Assembly: GCA_012295275.1 (NCBI GenBank)
Contig: CM022673.1
Span: 23,932,001 to 23,996,000 of the forward strand
Source: Chrysomallon squamiferum
Taxonomy: Eukaryota > Animalia > Mollusca
Reading direction: 5' to 3'
DNA length: 64,000 nt
Shown: one piece after another, positions 62,059 through 64,000 of the stretch
How positions within the stretch are numbered: the stretch's first letter is position 1
Layout: every line of letters starts with the position of its first letter
The notes under the pieces: generated by a model
What the model was told of the DNA's origin: nothing
Seen by the model: the letters and a program-made list of their open reading frames with translations, nothing else
Database searches by the model: none
Position numbers and translations under genes: made by a program

Positions 62059-62260
62059 ATGGCAAGCAGAAGACAGTTTCAGTACTGCAAGGTGATCATC
62101 GCCACATCGATGGTGTGGGTGATGCTGGATGTGTTTCTGCTCATGTACTTCACTGACTGCACACAGATGTCTGACTGCAGGAGGAAAACAGAACAGTCTG
62201 GAGATCTGCAACAACCACAGAAACAAAAAATAGGTTTTCTACAGAAGATCCTGCCTAAAG
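62059..62260 (+). CDS. First coding exon of a polypeptide N-acetylgalactosaminyltransferase (GALNT1/13-like); gene continues beyond the window
   Basis: MASRRQFQYCKVIIATSMVWVMLDVFLLMYFTDC closely matches the GALNT1-type N-terminal anchor ([26 protein letters not shown], recalled from memory); phase-1 donor after AAAG at 62260. Confidence 0.8.
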
Positions 62261-63576
62261 GTTTTTATTATCCACTTTTCAATTATTGTGTTAAATTTAA
62301 AAACAAAAAAATAATAATAATTTTTAACAATCACACTTAATATTTGTGACTGATTTGTTTTCATTACTAATAATTTATGTTAGTTTAGTTAGTGTAGATT
62401 TTTTAAAATAACCCACAGTTAAAAATAACTTGAGATAATTATCTTGAGAAAAGTTAACAATTTAATGACCAGTTTACAAACATTTTTCTTTATCAGGTTT
62501 TGTAATACTTATATACAGAATATACTGACATAAATGAACAATCAATTTAATTATCAGTGTAGTACTGTTATCGTGACAACGAAGATGCTTAATATTTGTA
62601 CAGCAAGATGTAACCGATATTAAAATAACTACACACTGTACATAGAGAAAGACATCTGAAATACTCTACAAATATGTACATGAAAGAATTCAGGTGGTGT
62701 TGTATATATATGTGAAACTCTACTTGTGTGACTCAGTTCAACTGATTTTAGTATTTTCAGAGTATGGAACACTTCAGACTGTATTTTAAAACACTGCACT
62801 GCAAAGAGTGTTTAATTTAAAGTTCCAGAATTAATGGATTTCTTCCATTACTTTGCAATATTCTGTGCTGTTTTATTGATGGGTGTGTCTCTTAAATACA
62901 CCAGTAATTACACAGTGTTGGCTTTCTAACTGAAAACACCTGTGCAAATGAGGCACAGGTGAAAAATATTAATAACAACATCTCATTTAGTTCATGGGGA
63001 GACACACAGAAAAATTAAATAGACAGAGAACTCTGTTTACAATATTTCAGATTTTTTTAATATATACATAGTGTGCACACACTTTAAAATGATTGATTCA
63101 TCTTAATATTAACACTAAATGCCATTGCTGTTGTCATGGTAACACTCAGTATTGCATTGATAATAAATGCATTGTTCATTTATGTGACTATAACCTATCA
63201 GATAAAGAAAAAAAAGTCTATAAACTGGTTGTTTACATATTTTATATATATGTATGTTTAGAGAGAGAAGGGGAAAGAAAGATACTGAATGAGTGAAACT
63301 ACTATTTGTTTGTATGTATATATGTATAAACATATATAAACACATTTTTATTGCTATACATAAATATAGAAACAGCCTTTCCAATATTGATTTTAGATGT
63401 GAAATAATAACAGGGACAATGTGACTCATGCAATATTAGCATATACAAAAATCATTTCTTGTGTTTGTAAGAAATTTTAGTTTTAATTTTAGAAATAAAA
63501 ATGTGTCAATGTGTGTCCCTAAATATGTTTATACATACATACATACATACATACATACAGGCAGTTTCACTCATTT

Positions 63577-63647
<71 letters not shown>

Positions 63648-64000
63648 TGTTTACCCTGACCATCATCAGTCATCATGTCTTTTCTCTCACTCATTATGAA
63701 TTTGCTTATGTGTATTAAAACTGTCCATTCTGATATCTATTTTTCTTTTTTAAATTAAGACACATTTATTTTTGTATTTCTAAGTGTATGTGCATGTATA
63801 TGTATATGTCTCTGTGAATATATGTGTGTATGTGTATGAGTTTGTGCATGTATGTGTTTGTGACTATATGAATGTATATGGTTGTATGTGTTTGTGTGTG
63901 TGTGTGTGTGTGTTTCAACTGTACATATTTGTAGTATTTTCATTTTGTGTTTAGGTCTGTTGCCACAGCTAACACCAAATGGCCCAGGGGAGATGGGCAA

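Overview
AT-rich, microsatellite-laden eukaryotic (invertebrate-like, possibly molluscan; inference) genomic DNA with spliceosomal genes. (1) 106-25851 (-): one giant gene for a secreted glycoprotein. It has a signal peptide followed by at least 27 copies of an unrecognised ~155-aa, 4-cysteine, apparently helical domain, each encoded by its own exon with phase-1 splice junctions. The order is two divergent N-terminal domains, 8 near-identical tandem copies of a 3-exon (A-B-C, 465 aa, ~2.75 kb) cassette, an EGF-like exon and one more divergent domain. The gene continues past the window start and has ~4,230 codons inside the window. (2) ~28740-52200 (+): an ~11.6 kb tandem duplication carrying two 12-exon S10 serine carboxypeptidase (CPVL-like) genes. 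Both have a predicted type II membrane anchor and an atypical GRSYGG nucleophile motif. The duplication junction has a templated insert, copy 1 has a scrambled exon 2, and amino-acid changes between the copies are clustered. (3) 52408-54099 (-): an ankyrin-repeat/SOCS-box gene with a single coding exon. (4) 62059-62260 (+): the first coding exon of a polypeptide GalNAc-transferase. There are also several minisatellites and interspersed-repeat remnants. All exon boundaries were read by eye, and no database searches were run.
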